From assembly GCA_963668315.1 (NCBI GenBank), contig OY764216.1, positions 2,752,001-2,816,000 on the forward strand: a DNA stretch of 64,000 nt. Reading direction: 5' to 3'. Source of the DNA: Spirochaetia bacterium (GTDB lineage Bacteria; Spirochaetota; Spirochaetia; DSM-2461). The notes under the pieces were generated by a model. That model did not search any database, was not told the origin of the DNA, and saw only the letters and a list, made by a program, of their open reading frames with translations. Below are positions 19,572 to 29,005 of this stretch, piece by piece (the stretch's first letter is position 1; each line of letters begins with the position of its first letter). Position numbers and translations under genes: made by a program.

Positions 19572-20882
19572 ATGTTGGCGAAAAAAGATTATGAAGAGAT
19601 GATCGATTCCACCAGGGATCGGAGAATGGCCTGGTGGAGGGAAGCCCGGTTCGGTATGTTTGTCCATTACGGGCTTCATACGCAGATAGGAAGGAACGAA
19701 TGGGTCATGTCCCTGGAAAACATACCCATTGAAGAGTATGAGAAAATGGCCGATTCCTTTCTGCCCAAGCCGGGGGCGCCCGAAGAGTGGGCCGCTCTGG
19801 CGAAGAAGGCGGGCATGAAATACATGGTTCTCACCACGCGACACCACGAGGGTTTCAGCCTGTGGGATTCCAAAACTAACCCTTATAACTCGGTGAACTT
19901 CGGGGCAAAGAGGGATATCGTCAGGGAATTTGTGGAGGCCTGCCGAAAATACGACCTGAAAATCGGCTTTTACTCCTCCCTGATGGACTGGCATCACCCG
20001 GACGGATGGAAATGCGCCTTCGATCCCGAAGCCAGAAGACGGTTTAACCGGTATATATGGGATTTGAACACGGAGCTTCTGACCCAGTACGGGAAAATCG
20101 ATATCCTGTGGTACGACGTGGCCCTTCCCATGGAGACCTGGGAAGGGTGGAATTCCCTGGCCATGAATCAGCATCTCCGGTCCCTTCAGCCCCATCTCAT
20201 CATCAATGACCGGTCCCGCCTGGATGAGGATTTCGGAACACCCGAGGAGCATATCAAGGCATCGGACAGGGACTGGGAGGCGTGCATGACCTTTAACGGC
20301 ATCAGCTGGGGCTACCTGGACAGCAGCCAGGCCCTGCCTTTCAGCTATAACGCCCCCCGCATTCTGAAAATGCTCAATACCTGCGCGGGGCAGGGGGGGA
20401 ATCTGCTTTTGAATATCGGCCCCCGCCCGGACGGCTCCGTTCCCGAGGAAGCGGTGGAGCCTCTGATGCAGGTGGGAAGGTGGCTCGAGGAGAACGGGGA
20501 GGCGGTCTACGGCAGGCTGAACCGAAACGGAGGGTTCCTGAACGGGGAGTTCGGGGGAAACGGGGTCTGCTGGTCCACCTGCCGGGATAATTCGGTATAT
20601 CTGTGGAATACCATCTGGCCCGATTCGGGAACCATGGGGATCGGAGGCTACAGGAAAGCGCCCCGGAAAATCACTCTGCTCAAGGATGGCCGGTCTCTGG
20701 ATTTTGAACACAGGGGGCACCGGATCCTCATTAAGAACCTCCCCGGGAAAAAGCCCGATTCCCATACGGGCGTCTCGGTCATTAAGATGGAGTTTGACGG
20801 GAACCCCGATTACCTTTTCGCCAGCTACTATCCCCAGCTACACGGGGGAAGCGATAGAACGGGAGAGGAAGGGAGAATCTGA
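19572..20882 (+). CDS. Alpha-L-fucosidase, GH29
   Basis: WWREARFGMFVHYG, TTRHHEGF, ILWYD (nucleophile), GNLLLNIGP; start set at the ATG after GGAGG. Confidence 0.92.
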   Translation: MLAKKDYEEMIDSTRDRRMAWWREARFGMFVHYGLHTQIGRNEWVMSLENIPIEEYEKMADSFLPKPGAPEEWAALAKKAGMKYMVLTTRHHEGFSLWDSKTNPYNSVNFGAKRDIVREFVEACRKYDLKIGFYSSLMDWHHPDGWKCAFDPEARRRFNRYIWDLNTELLTQYGKIDILWYDVALPMETWEGWNSLAMNQHLRSLQPHLIINDRSRLDEDFGTPEEHIKASDRDWEACMTFNGISWGYLDSSQALPFSYNAPRILKMLNTCAGQGGNLLLNIGPRPDGSVPEEAVEPLMQVGRWLEENGEAVYGRLNRNGGFLNGEFGGNGVCWSTCRDNSVYLWNTIWPDSGTMGIGGYRKAPRKITLLKDGRSLDFEHRGHRILIKNLPGKKPDSHTGVSVIKMEFDGNPDYLFASYYPQLHGGSDRTGEEGRI

Positions 20883-20916
20883 AAAACGGGATATAATGAA
20901 AGGGGGAGGGGAATCG

Positions 20917-21960
20917 ATGGATTTTATGCCGGGACTGACATTGAACAGAAGATACTACATCGAAGCGGTAAAGCCTCTTCTGGACAGGGCCTTTCCCGGT
21001 CTGTCCTATTCCGCTTCCCTGCTGGGGTACGGGTCGGATGTTCTCGGGCTTGATAACCGGACCTCCATGGATCATAACTGGGGGCCCCGGTTCACCCTTT
21101 TTCTCGATGACAGGGACTGGGACCGTAAGGAGGACATCGATCTGTTTCTTCGGAACAGTCTGCCCTTCGAGTTTGAGTCCTTCCCTACAAATTTTACCGA
21201 TCCCCGGTATGATGGGACTCAGTCCATGATGTTCAAGGCTTCCTATCCCCTCAGGCATCTGATTGAAATTGTCAATATCGCCGATTATTTCCGGGAGCAG
21301 CTCTCCCTGGATAATCCGGAGGAGATCTCTCCGGCCGACTGGCTCTTCTTCAAGGACCAGATTCTTCTGGAACTGACTTCGGGGGACGTTTTTTATGACG
21401 GACTGGGAAAGCTCAACCCCATCAGGGCCAGACTGCAATTCTATCCAGTGGATGTGCTTAAGGTAAAGCTGGCCTCCCTCTGGCTTTCCCTCTCAAACGA
21501 AGAGGCCTTTATCGGCCGGTGCATTGAATTGGGTGATTTTGTCGGGCTGAAACTGATAGCAGGCCGAATCGTCTCCACTATCATGAAGATCTCCTTCTAT
21601 CTTGAGGGGCGCTACATTCCCTACAGCAAGTGGTTCGGAACCCTATACGGCAGGACGGAAAATTCCCGAGTCCTTCTGCCCCTGATCTCATCGATCCTGA
21701 GGGAGAATGAGATGGAGCCCATTCAGGAGAAACTCTGCGATCTTTATGAAACCGTCGTAGACCTGCATAACCGGGCGGAAGGGCTTCCCCCTCTGGATAA
21801 TACCGTCCGCCCCTATTTCGGAAGGCCCTATAAGGTCATATTGGCAGAAAGGATCGTCAGAAAACTGATTGACTCAGTGGGGGACGAAGGATTGAGGAAA
21901 ACCGACCTGAACGGTGTCGCCCTGGATATCAAGATCGAATCCATAGACGCCACCGGCTGA
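20917..21960 (+). CDS. DUF4037 family protein (nucleotidyltransferase-like N-terminus)
   Basis: GYGSDVLGLDNRTSMDHNWGPR and IPYSKWFG motifs; start at the ATG after GGAGG. Confidence 0.75.
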   Translation: MDFMPGLTLNRRYYIEAVKPLLDRAFPGLSYSASLLGYGSDVLGLDNRTSMDHNWGPRFTLFLDDRDWDRKEDIDLFLRNSLPFEFESFPTNFTDPRYDGTQSMMFKASYPLRHLIEIVNIADYFREQLSLDNPEEISPADWLFFKDQILLELTSGDVFYDGLGKLNPIRARLQFYPVDVLKVKLASLWLSLSNEEAFIGRCIELGDFVGLKLIAGRIVSTIMKISFYLEGRYIPYSKWFGTLYGRTENSRVLLPLISSILRENEMEPIQEKLCDLYETVVDLHNRAEGLPPLDNTVRPYFGRPYKVILAERIVRKLIDSVGDEGLRKTDLNGVALDIKIESIDATG

Positions 21961-21997
21961 ATGAATCGGGAAAGGGCGGGATAAGACTTCCGAAGGC

Positions 21998-23227
21998 TTA
22001 AATCGCCACGGATTTGCGGAAGGAGGAGGGGCTTATCCCTTCGTATCTTTTAAACAAGCGGTAGAACGTGACCCTGTTGGGAATTCCGACCATCCGCCCG
22101 ATATCCTCGATGCTTTTCCGGGTTCCCAGAAGAAGGGCTTTCGCTTTTCTTATTTGAACCAGACCGATGTAATCCACCAGGGATTCCCCGGTCTCTTCCT
22201 TGAAAATGCGGGCGGTATAGTTCTTGGAAAGCGCCAGGTGGGAAGAGATGTCTTCAAGATACAGGCCTTTCGGATAATTCTCTTCGACATATTTAATGAT
22301 AAGTGCGACCGTATTCTCCGGTATCTCCCCGCCGCTGGGCCGTGTTAACTGTAGGACCCTTTTGTAGATGGCGATAAGTCTGTCCAGTTTATCCTTTGCG
22401 GAACAAATGGGAATATTATCGGAGTTGAAGAGGAGCATCTCCTCCTCGTCAGCGATCTTCTGTATGGTAAAACCCATTTCTCCCGCATAGCGTACCGCCT
22501 TGTCGAAGAGCTGGGAAAAGAGAATATTCATGTGTTTATAGGAGAGGTCATTTGCCTCATTGGAGAGGACAATCTCCTTCAAAAGTTCCGTTATTTTGTC
22601 CCCGTCCTGTCTGCCCAGATAACTGACGATCATGTTCTCCTGCTTGAAGGTGTAGTTGATCTCGTAGGAAATAGTGATCCAGTCGGCATCAATTACCTGC
22701 AGAGCCTTTATCGGTTCCCTTTTTTCTACGGCGTTTATCCCGTCGCTGAAGGATTTCCACAAATGCCCCAGCCCCTCTACGCAGCGGCCTATACCTAGGG
22801 CGGCCGAAATAGGGGGGGCTGACAGGGAATGGGAAGAGAGCCCTTTCATAAGGAGGTTTTTCTCCTCCTCTGCGGTTAGATTCACGATGTGGATGATTAT
22901 GTCATCCCGGGGGATGAGCCGGTAGGAGGGACCACTCATACTGATTTTCTTCTCTATCCTCCGGGCGATGGCCTGGGCCGTTTCAGGACCTTCCGGCTGG
23001 GAATCCCTATCTGACGGGCTGCTGAGAAGAGTGACGCAGCAGAGATAGATGGGACCGGAAAAAGCGAGTGACCTGCGGCAGTGCTCTTCGAAAGTTTCCG
23101 GCTCTTTATGGCTCAGCCCTTTCAGGAGCCGGTAGAAGTTTATGTCAAAATAGTCTTTGGTCAGGGTATTTTTCAAATCATCCATTCTGTGACCGGTAGA
23201 ATACATTGTTTTATGGTCACAATTCAA
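21998..23227 (-). CDS. AraC family transcriptional regulator
   Basis: C-terminal double HTH (LEDISSHLALSKNYTARIFK...FYRLFKRYEGISPSSFRK); start uncertain, TTG after GGAGG chosen. Confidence 0.85.
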   Translation of the reverse strand: MNCDHKTMYSTGHRMDDLKNTLTKDYFDINFYRLLKGLSHKEPETFEEHCRRSLAFSGPIYLCCVTLLSSPSDRDSQPEGPETAQAIARRIEKKISMSGPSYRLIPRDDIIIHIVNLTAEEEKNLLMKGLSSHSLSAPPISAALGIGRCVEGLGHLWKSFSDGINAVEKREPIKALQVIDADWITISYEINYTFKQENMIVSYLGRQDGDKITELLKEIVLSNEANDLSYKHMNILFSQLFDKAVRYAGEMGFTIQKIADEEEMLLFNSDNIPICSAKDKLDRLIAIYKRVLQLTRPSGGEIPENTVALIIKYVEENYPKGLYLEDISSHLALSKNYTARIFKEETGESLVDYIGLVQIRKAKALLLGTRKSIEDIGRMVGIPNRVTFYRLFKRYEGISPSSFRKSVAI

Positions 23228-23399
23228 TGATTTCCCTCCGTCCATTCTGTAAAATTTCCCATGGGAGTTTGTAAATTGCAACAAAATGGAGGAAATTGAT
23301 ACGTTCCGCCTATTGTCCGTTTTCCCCAATCGGGATCATCATGATTACCAGTATGCCTTGTCCTTTGATGAGGCCGAAAATATTAAGGAGAATCCTACC

Positions 23400-23759
23400 A
23401 TGAAAAAACATACTTTCCTTCTGATTGCTCTCTCTCTCGCGGTTTGCGCAGTGGCTTTAATGACAACCAGCTGCGGCGGAAGCAGCTACACTCCCGGTGA
23501 ATATTCGTCTTCTTCCAAAGCCGTACACGGCGATGTAACGGTAACTCTTACGGTCAGTGAGAAGAAAATCACCGGTGTCGACATCAAAGAGAGCGGGGAG
23601 GAGAACAGTTTTGCCGCCGGAGCTTACGAGACCATGACTCAGCAGATCATTAAAAAGCAGTCCGCCGATATTGACGGCGTAACCGGCGCTACCATCTCTA
23701 CTACCGCTGTTAAGACGGCTGCCGCCGCCGCTCTGGCCGAAGCCTCGGCGGGAAAATAA
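23400..23759 (+). CDS. FMN-binding domain lipoprotein
   Basis: Signal peptide with lipobox-like TTSC; flavinylation motif DGVTGAT; RBS AAGGAG. Confidence 0.85.
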   Translation: MKKHTFLLIALSLAVCAVALMTTSCGGSSYTPGEYSSSSKAVHGDVTVTLTVSEKKITGVDIKESGEENSFAAGAYETMTQQIIKKQSADIDGVTGATISTTAVKTAAAAALAEASAGK

Positions 23760-23792
23760 CATTTCCGCTTCGTTATTTAACTAAACAGAATG

Positions 23793-23829
23793 GGGGAAAA
23801 TGCTCTTGCAGTATTTTCCCCTTTTTTTT
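23793..23829 (+). terminator. Rho-independent terminator
   Basis: GGGGAAAATGCT / AGTATTTTCCCC stem followed by a T-run. Confidence 0.8.
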
Positions 23830-23946
23830 CTGTAATGGGACGTTTTTTACAGCCGGTCCGGATTTGAAACGGGCGGGACTTCCTTTCCCGGGATGAATAT
23901 GATAAAATTCCCCATCCATCAACCGCTACGTGCAAGAGGAAGAGTC

Positions 23947-24903
23947 ATGAAAATTGTGGTACTCGACGGCTATACGCTGAATCCCGGGGATCTATCCTGG
24001 GAGGATTGGAAAAGCCTGGGTGATTTTACTTACTATGACCGGACGGAACCGGATGATATCATAAGCCGGATAGGGATCTCCGAAGCTGTTATCACCAATA
24101 AGACTCCCATAACTGAAGAAATCCTGGAAGCCTGTCCTTCCGTGAAATACATAGGTGTCCTGGCAACGGGATATAATGTGGTGGACGGAGATGCGGCGGC
24201 AGCCCGGGGAATCCCCGTATGCAATATCCCCAGCTACGGCACCGATGCGGTCGCCCAGTTTGTTTTCGCCCTGCTTCTGAATATCTGCCACCGTGTCCAG
24301 GATCATTCCCGTTCCGTCCACGAAGGGCGCTGGTCGCAAAGCGTTGATTTCTGCTACTGGCTCACTCCCCAGACGGAACTGGCGGGCAAGACCATGGGAA
24401 TTATCGGCTACGGACGCATAGGCCGGGCCACTGCAAAAATCGCCCGGGCCTTCGGAATGGACGTTCTGGCTTACAGCAGAAGCCGCAAAGAGAAGTACGG
24501 CAGGGATGACGTGTTCTTCGCTTCCCTGGAGGACGTTCTGTCCCGATCGGATGTGATCTCCCTCCATTGCCCTCTCTTTCCCGAGACGGAAGGGCTTATC
24601 AACAGGGATGCCATCGGGAAGATGAAGGAGGGGGTTATCCTGATCAATACGGCCCGCGGAGGGCTTGTGGTGGAACAGGACCTGGCCGACGGGCTGAACA
24701 GAGGAAAAATCAGAGCCGCCGGACTGGATGTCGTCTCCACCGAACCGATCGGGGAGGACAATGTTCTTCTCAGGGCAAAGAACTGCTTCATCACCCCCCA
24801 TATCGCCTGGGCTCCCCTGGAATCAAGGGCCCGCCTGATGAAGATTGCCGTGGACAATCTGAAAGCTTTCATGGAAGGCAAGGCGATAAACCGGGTAAAC
24901 TGA
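23947..24903 (+). CDS. D-2-hydroxyacid dehydrogenase (glycerate dehydrogenase/hydroxypyruvate reductase-like)
   Basis: MKIVVLDGYTLNPGD, GIIGYGRIG, SLHCPL, INTARG, TPHIAW. Confidence 0.9.
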   Translation: MKIVVLDGYTLNPGDLSWEDWKSLGDFTYYDRTEPDDIISRIGISEAVITNKTPITEEILEACPSVKYIGVLATGYNVVDGDAAAARGIPVCNIPSYGTDAVAQFVFALLLNICHRVQDHSRSVHEGRWSQSVDFCYWLTPQTELAGKTMGIIGYGRIGRATAKIARAFGMDVLAYSRSRKEKYGRDDVFFASLEDVLSRSDVISLHCPLFPETEGLINRDAIGKMKEGVILINTARGGLVVEQDLADGLNRGKIRAAGLDVVSTEPIGEDNVLLRAKNCFITPHIAWAPLESRARLMKIAVDNLKAFMEGKAINRVN

Positions 24904-25592
24904 TGACCTATTATGAAGTTTTGAATCCGGCTGAATGTGTGGGGCTCGAGTTTGATATCCTCCTCTCCCTGGGGTGGTATCCCATGGAGCAGAGTATCTT
25001 CACCACGTCCCATCTTTTCCGGGATGACGGATCGGTTCCGCCCCGCGTTCACTGGCTCCGTTATTCCGTCCCGTCGGTCGGCGAAAAGAGTTCCCACAGG
25101 CGGATCAGGAAAAAAAACGGGATATTCACGGCGGAAATTGTCGATTCTTTCAGCCATGACAGCCGTCTGGACGATCTTTACCGCAAGTATCTGGATTCGG
25201 TGGATTTCGACGGATATGCCGATATCTCCCAGGCCACATACAAAAGGGACGGCCGTAATATCTATGATACCAAAACAATTATAATACGGGACGGGGAGAC
25301 CCTCGTCTCCTGCGGGATTTTTCACCGGGGAGAGAGGTCGGTCGCTTCCATTCTCCATTTTTTCGATCCCGCATACCGCCGTTTCAGTCCCGGAAAATAT
25401 CTGATACTGAAGACGCTGGATTATTGCCGGGAGCAGGGGATCGCCTGGTATTATCCGGGTTATGTCATTCAGGGGAATCCCAAGATGGACTATAAACTCT
25501 TCCTGGGAGAGAATACGGTGGAATACTACCTGCCCGAGCCTGATCCGTTACACGGCACGTGGATGCCGTTCACCCGGGATATTCTGAATTGA
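24903..25592 (+). CDS. Aminoacyl-tRNA--protein transferase-like (ATE/Bpt C-terminal GNAT fold) protein
   Basis: LSLGW..., LYRKY, SILHFFDP..RRFSPGKYLIL, YYPGY...PKMDYK; TGATG coupling to the upstream gene. Confidence 0.7.
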   Translation: MTYYEVLNPAECVGLEFDILLSLGWYPMEQSIFTTSHLFRDDGSVPPRVHWLRYSVPSVGEKSSHRRIRKKNGIFTAEIVDSFSHDSRLDDLYRKYLDSVDFDGYADISQATYKRDGRNIYDTKTIIIRDGETLVSCGIFHRGERSVASILHFFDPAYRRFSPGKYLILKTLDYCREQGIAWYYPGYVIQGNPKMDYKLFLGENTVEYYLPEPDPLHGTWMPFTRDILN

Positions 25593-25628
25593 ATTTTATA
25601 CTTTCAACCACTAAAAGGGGTAAGCAAA

Positions 25629-26207
25629 TTGTATCTTGACGACGATCACTATGAAGAGGCCAGCTTTTCGAATGAAGATTTTTCCGGGGAAGATCTTTCC
25701 GATAGGGAGTTCAGCGACTGCCTCTTTAGGGACTGTAATTTTTCGAACACCATCATGAATGGAATTTATCTTGATTCCTGCCGTTTCATCTCCTGCAATC
25801 TCAGTAATGCCTCTCTGCGGGATGCCAAATTCCTGGGCGTGGAATTTCAGGAATCCAAGCTCCTCGGCATCAAGTTCTTCGAATGCAGCAGCTACTCCTT
25901 TGATATTCAAATGGTTCGTTCCCATTTGACCCTGTGTAATTTTTCCGATCTGAAAATGAAAAAAAGCCGCTTTCTGGGATGCACTCTGAAGGAGTGCTAT
26001 TTTCAGAACAGCTATCTGGCGGAAGCCGATTTTTCCCGTTCCGAATTCTCACAGACCCTATTTCATAACAGCGACATTAGTAAGGCCGATTTTACCAATG
26101 CCGTGGGGTACAATATCGATCCCTTGGTCAACAAGGTGAAAAAAGCCCGTTTTTCCTCCCCGGAAGTTCTGAATCTTCTGGCTCCCTTCGATATCAAAAT
26201 TGATTGA
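25629..26207 (+). CDS. Pentapeptide repeat protein
   Basis: Tandem x(F/L)xxx pentapeptides (DCLFRDCNFSN, CNLSNASLRD, ADFSRSEFS); C-terminal NKVKKARFS. Confidence 0.85.
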   Translation: MYLDDDHYEEASFSNEDFSGEDLSDREFSDCLFRDCNFSNTIMNGIYLDSCRFISCNLSNASLRDAKFLGVEFQESKLLGIKFFECSSYSFDIQMVRSHLTLCNFSDLKMKKSRFLGCTLKECYFQNSYLAEADFSRSEFSQTLFHNSDISKADFTNAVGYNIDPLVNKVKKARFSSPEVLNLLAPFDIKID

Positions 26208-26472
26208 AAATTGTAAGAAAACGATGGTTTTTCCATAAGAATTATTCTCCCTTTTTTCCCTGATGAAGGGAGAAAAATTATTTCCAATCACTGGGAGTGT
26301 AAAAAAAATGGATTTCGATGATATTTTTTGTTTATTTATAAATAAATATCCGAATGTCTTTTAAATGATTCTAATATAACGAAATAAAATAAAGATAATA
26401 TTTACTCTGATCATCGCTTTTTCATGATAATGACAACGGTTTTCTGTATAGAAACTCTTCTGTTAAATATTT

Positions 26473-26542
26473 GTAAAAAAAAATTGACAGAATATAAATT
26501 CCCTGTTATCGTGATGTAAGTGCTTACATGAAAGCACTTGCA
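26473..26542 (+). promoter_or_regulatory. Sigma70 promoter with two tandem LacI-type operators
   Basis: A9 tract, TTGACA (26484-26489), 17 nt, extended TGn-TATCGT (26507-26512); operators TGTAAGTGCTTACA (26515-26528) and TGAAAGCACTTGCA (26529-26542). Confidence 0.8.
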
Positions 26543-26558
26543 AAAAAGGGGGGGGAGT

Positions 26559-27557
26559 ATGAAACCGAAAGCAAATATCTACGCGGTTGCCGAAAAGGCG
26601 AATGTCAGTATCGCCACCGTCTCCCGCCTGATGAATTCGCCGGAGAAGGTTTCCAGCAAAACCCGGGAGCGGGTCATGGCCGCCATGGAGGAATTGAACT
26701 TTTCCCCCAATGCGGAAGCCGTGGCAAAGGCCCGGAAGGGCGTAAAGAGAATCGGGATTCTTTCCCCCTATTTCACGGCACCCTCCTTCATTCAGAGAAT
26801 CAGAGGGGTCCAGCGGGTCATAGCGCAGACCGGGTATGACCTGGTCACCTATTCCGTGGAAAGCAAAGAACATCTGAAGTCCAACCTGGATATGCTGCCC
26901 GTTTCTAACCGGATTGACGGGCTCATCAATATGTCTCTGCCCTTGACGAAAAAAGAGATAGACCGTTTTTTTGACAACAGCATCCCTATCATCAGCATAG
27001 AAACGGAGCTTCCCGGCGTATCAAGTATTACCATCGATGACCACCTGGGCGGCAAGCTGGCAGCGTCCCATCTTCTGGATAAGGGTTATAAGAACCTGGC
27101 CTTCATCGGTGAGAAAGGACAGCCGGCCTATACTCTGCATAACAACAAAGAGAGGCTGGACGGATATCGTGACGAGATAGAGAGAAGGGGTGAAAAACTC
27201 CAGAGCAGAAATGTCCGGCATCACTTTTACGGGCTGGAAAACAGCGAGGAGTGCATATCTGAGATGCTTTCCCGCCGTGACAGGCCGGACGGAATCTTCT
27301 TTTCTTCCGACCTGCAGGCCATGGTGGCCCTCAAGGTCGCCAGGGAGTTACATATCTCCGTTCCCGACCAGCTCGGGATCATCGGATTCGATGATATCGA
27401 TGTCAGCGAGTATATGGGAATAACTACCGTCAGACAGGCCCTGGATGACTCGGGCAGTATGGCGGCGGATATGCTGCTTGATATTCTTAAAACCGGAGAA
27501 TACAAACAAAAGCATATCACTTTCGATCTGGAAGTCATCGAACGAGTAACAACGTAA
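26559..27557 (+). CDS. LacI family transcriptional regulator
   Basis: NIYAVAEKANVSIATVSRLMN HTH, VPDQLGIIGFDD, ITTVRQ. Confidence 0.93.
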   Translation: MKPKANIYAVAEKANVSIATVSRLMNSPEKVSSKTRERVMAAMEELNFSPNAEAVAKARKGVKRIGILSPYFTAPSFIQRIRGVQRVIAQTGYDLVTYSVESKEHLKSNLDMLPVSNRIDGLINMSLPLTKKEIDRFFDNSIPIISIETELPGVSSITIDDHLGGKLAASHLLDKGYKNLAFIGEKGQPAYTLHNNKERLDGYRDEIERRGEKLQSRNVRHHFYGLENSEECISEMLSRRDRPDGIFFSSDLQAMVALKVARELHISVPDQLGIIGFDDIDVSEYMGITTVRQALDDSGSMAADMLLDILKTGEYKQKHITFDLEVIERVTT

Positions 27558-27601
27558 TTACGATCTGTCTTTGACAGTTCAGATTTAATAGGAGGATTTA
27601 A

Positions 27602-28879
27602 ATGAAAAGATTATTAATCTTTTTACTGGTTCTGCCCGTGGCTTTTCTCGCGGCAGAAGGACAAAGCGACACAAATTCAAAAGAAAAATCAGAGATTGCC
27701 GGCGTTTCTATACAGATGCTGAACTCTAAAGGTGAAATCCAGTCTTCTCTCGAAGAAATGGCTGCCCTTTTCAATGATGAAACCGGGGCCAACCTGGAAA
27801 TATTGGGTCTTGGTGCCGGACAGTCTCCCTTTGAGAAGATCCTGTCCCTCTATGCTTCGGGCAATGCTCCCGCTCTGTACATGGGCGATGCCATGGACCT
27901 GATCAAGCTTCAGGATAAGTTCATGGATCTCTCCGGAGAGAAATGGATCGCCGACGCTTCCGAAGGCATGCTTACCGCCGTTACCGAAGGCGATACGGTT
28001 CTGGGTTTCCCCCTGACCGTGGAAGGATTCGGTTTCATCTACAACAAGAGTGTTATTGAGGCGGCCGGTGTGGATACGTCTTCCATCAACACCATTGACG
28101 CACTGGAAGAAGCTTTCGAGAAAGTGGAAGCCTCCGGAAAGGGCGCCCTCGTTATCTCTCCCATGGACTGGTCTCTGGCCGCCCACTACCTGGGAATCGG
28201 TTATGAGACGGGTGATGCCGATGGTTATGCTGCGCTCTTCGAAGACCTCAAGAGCGGTGCCGTTTCCACGGCCGACAACAAGGGAACCAAGGGAATCATC
28301 AATACCTTCGATGTTATGATCAAGCACAATGTCGGAGCCGGAGATCCCCTTGCCGTTACCTACGAAAAGGGACCCGAGCTGCTCGGTATGGACGAAATCG
28401 GTTTCTGGTTCATGGGCAACTGGGCCTGGCCCCAGATCGAAAGCTTTGCTGAGCCCGGTGCGGAATTCGGTTTCATTCCCGTTCCCATCAGCAACGACCC
28501 CGCCGATTACGGCAACACTCAGATTTCCGTAAGCCCCAGTAAGTTCGTTGCCCTCGACATGACCCAGAATGATGCAGCCCAGCAGAAAGCCGCCCAGGAA
28601 TTCCTGAACTGGATGGTCTATGACGAAGACGGGCAGGACGCTCTTGTCAACGGCTGTAACGTCATTCCCGCTTTCAACAACGTGACTCTCCAGCCCATGG
28701 ATCCCCTTGGAAAGGACATCAAAAAGTACCTGGGTGAGGGTAATACGATCCCCTTCGTAAACTCTCCCCCCGATCACTGGTCCGTAGTCGGAGCCTTCAT
28801 GCAGAAGTATCTTGCCGGCAAAATGACCAAGGCTGAGCTTTTCTCTTCCATCGATAACTACTGGGTAAATCTGGAATAG
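27602..28879 (+). CDS. Sugar ABC solute-binding protein (MsmE/raffinose-type)
   Basis: Signal peptide, FPLTVEGFGFIYNK, FMGNWAW. Confidence 0.88.
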   Translation: MKRLLIFLLVLPVAFLAAEGQSDTNSKEKSEIAGVSIQMLNSKGEIQSSLEEMAALFNDETGANLEILGLGAGQSPFEKILSLYASGNAPALYMGDAMDLIKLQDKFMDLSGEKWIADASEGMLTAVTEGDTVLGFPLTVEGFGFIYNKSVIEAAGVDTSSINTIDALEEAFEKVEASGKGALVISPMDWSLAAHYLGIGYETGDADGYAALFEDLKSGAVSTADNKGTKGIINTFDVMIKHNVGAGDPLAVTYEKGPELLGMDEIGFWFMGNWAWPQIESFAEPGAEFGFIPVPISNDPADYGNTQISVSPSKFVALDMTQNDAAQQKAAQEFLNWMVYDEDGQDALVNGCNVIPAFNNVTLQPMDPLGKDIKKYLGEGNTIPFVNSPPDHWSVVGAFMQKYLAGKMTKAELFSSIDNYWVNLE

Positions 28880-28918
28880 TTCATTCGAAAACAAGATATT
28901 TAAATAAGTAGATTATCC

Positions 28919-28946
28919 ATCCTGCCTCTTCGGGGGCAGGATTTTA
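28919..28946 (+). terminator. cUUCGg-capped stem-loop after the solute-binding protein gene (partial terminator or mRNA stabiliser)
   Basis: ATCCTGCCTC-TTCG-GGGGCAGGAT followed by TTT. Confidence 0.65.
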
Positions 28947-29005
28947 CTACAGACCGATTCAGCGGTCTGGGAGCCGAAAGGTTCTTTTCATACAAGGAGA
29001 TATAT

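Noticed and set aside
25629..26207. Possible Qnr/MfpA quinolone-resistance gene
   Set aside because: Pentapeptide repeats alone do not establish this; no mobile context or diagnostic feature visible
26542..26555. A6-G8 homopolymer before the LacI start as a phase-variation site
   Set aside because: Short, outside the coding frame and promoter spacer, and merges with the RBS; no evidence of length variation from one sequence
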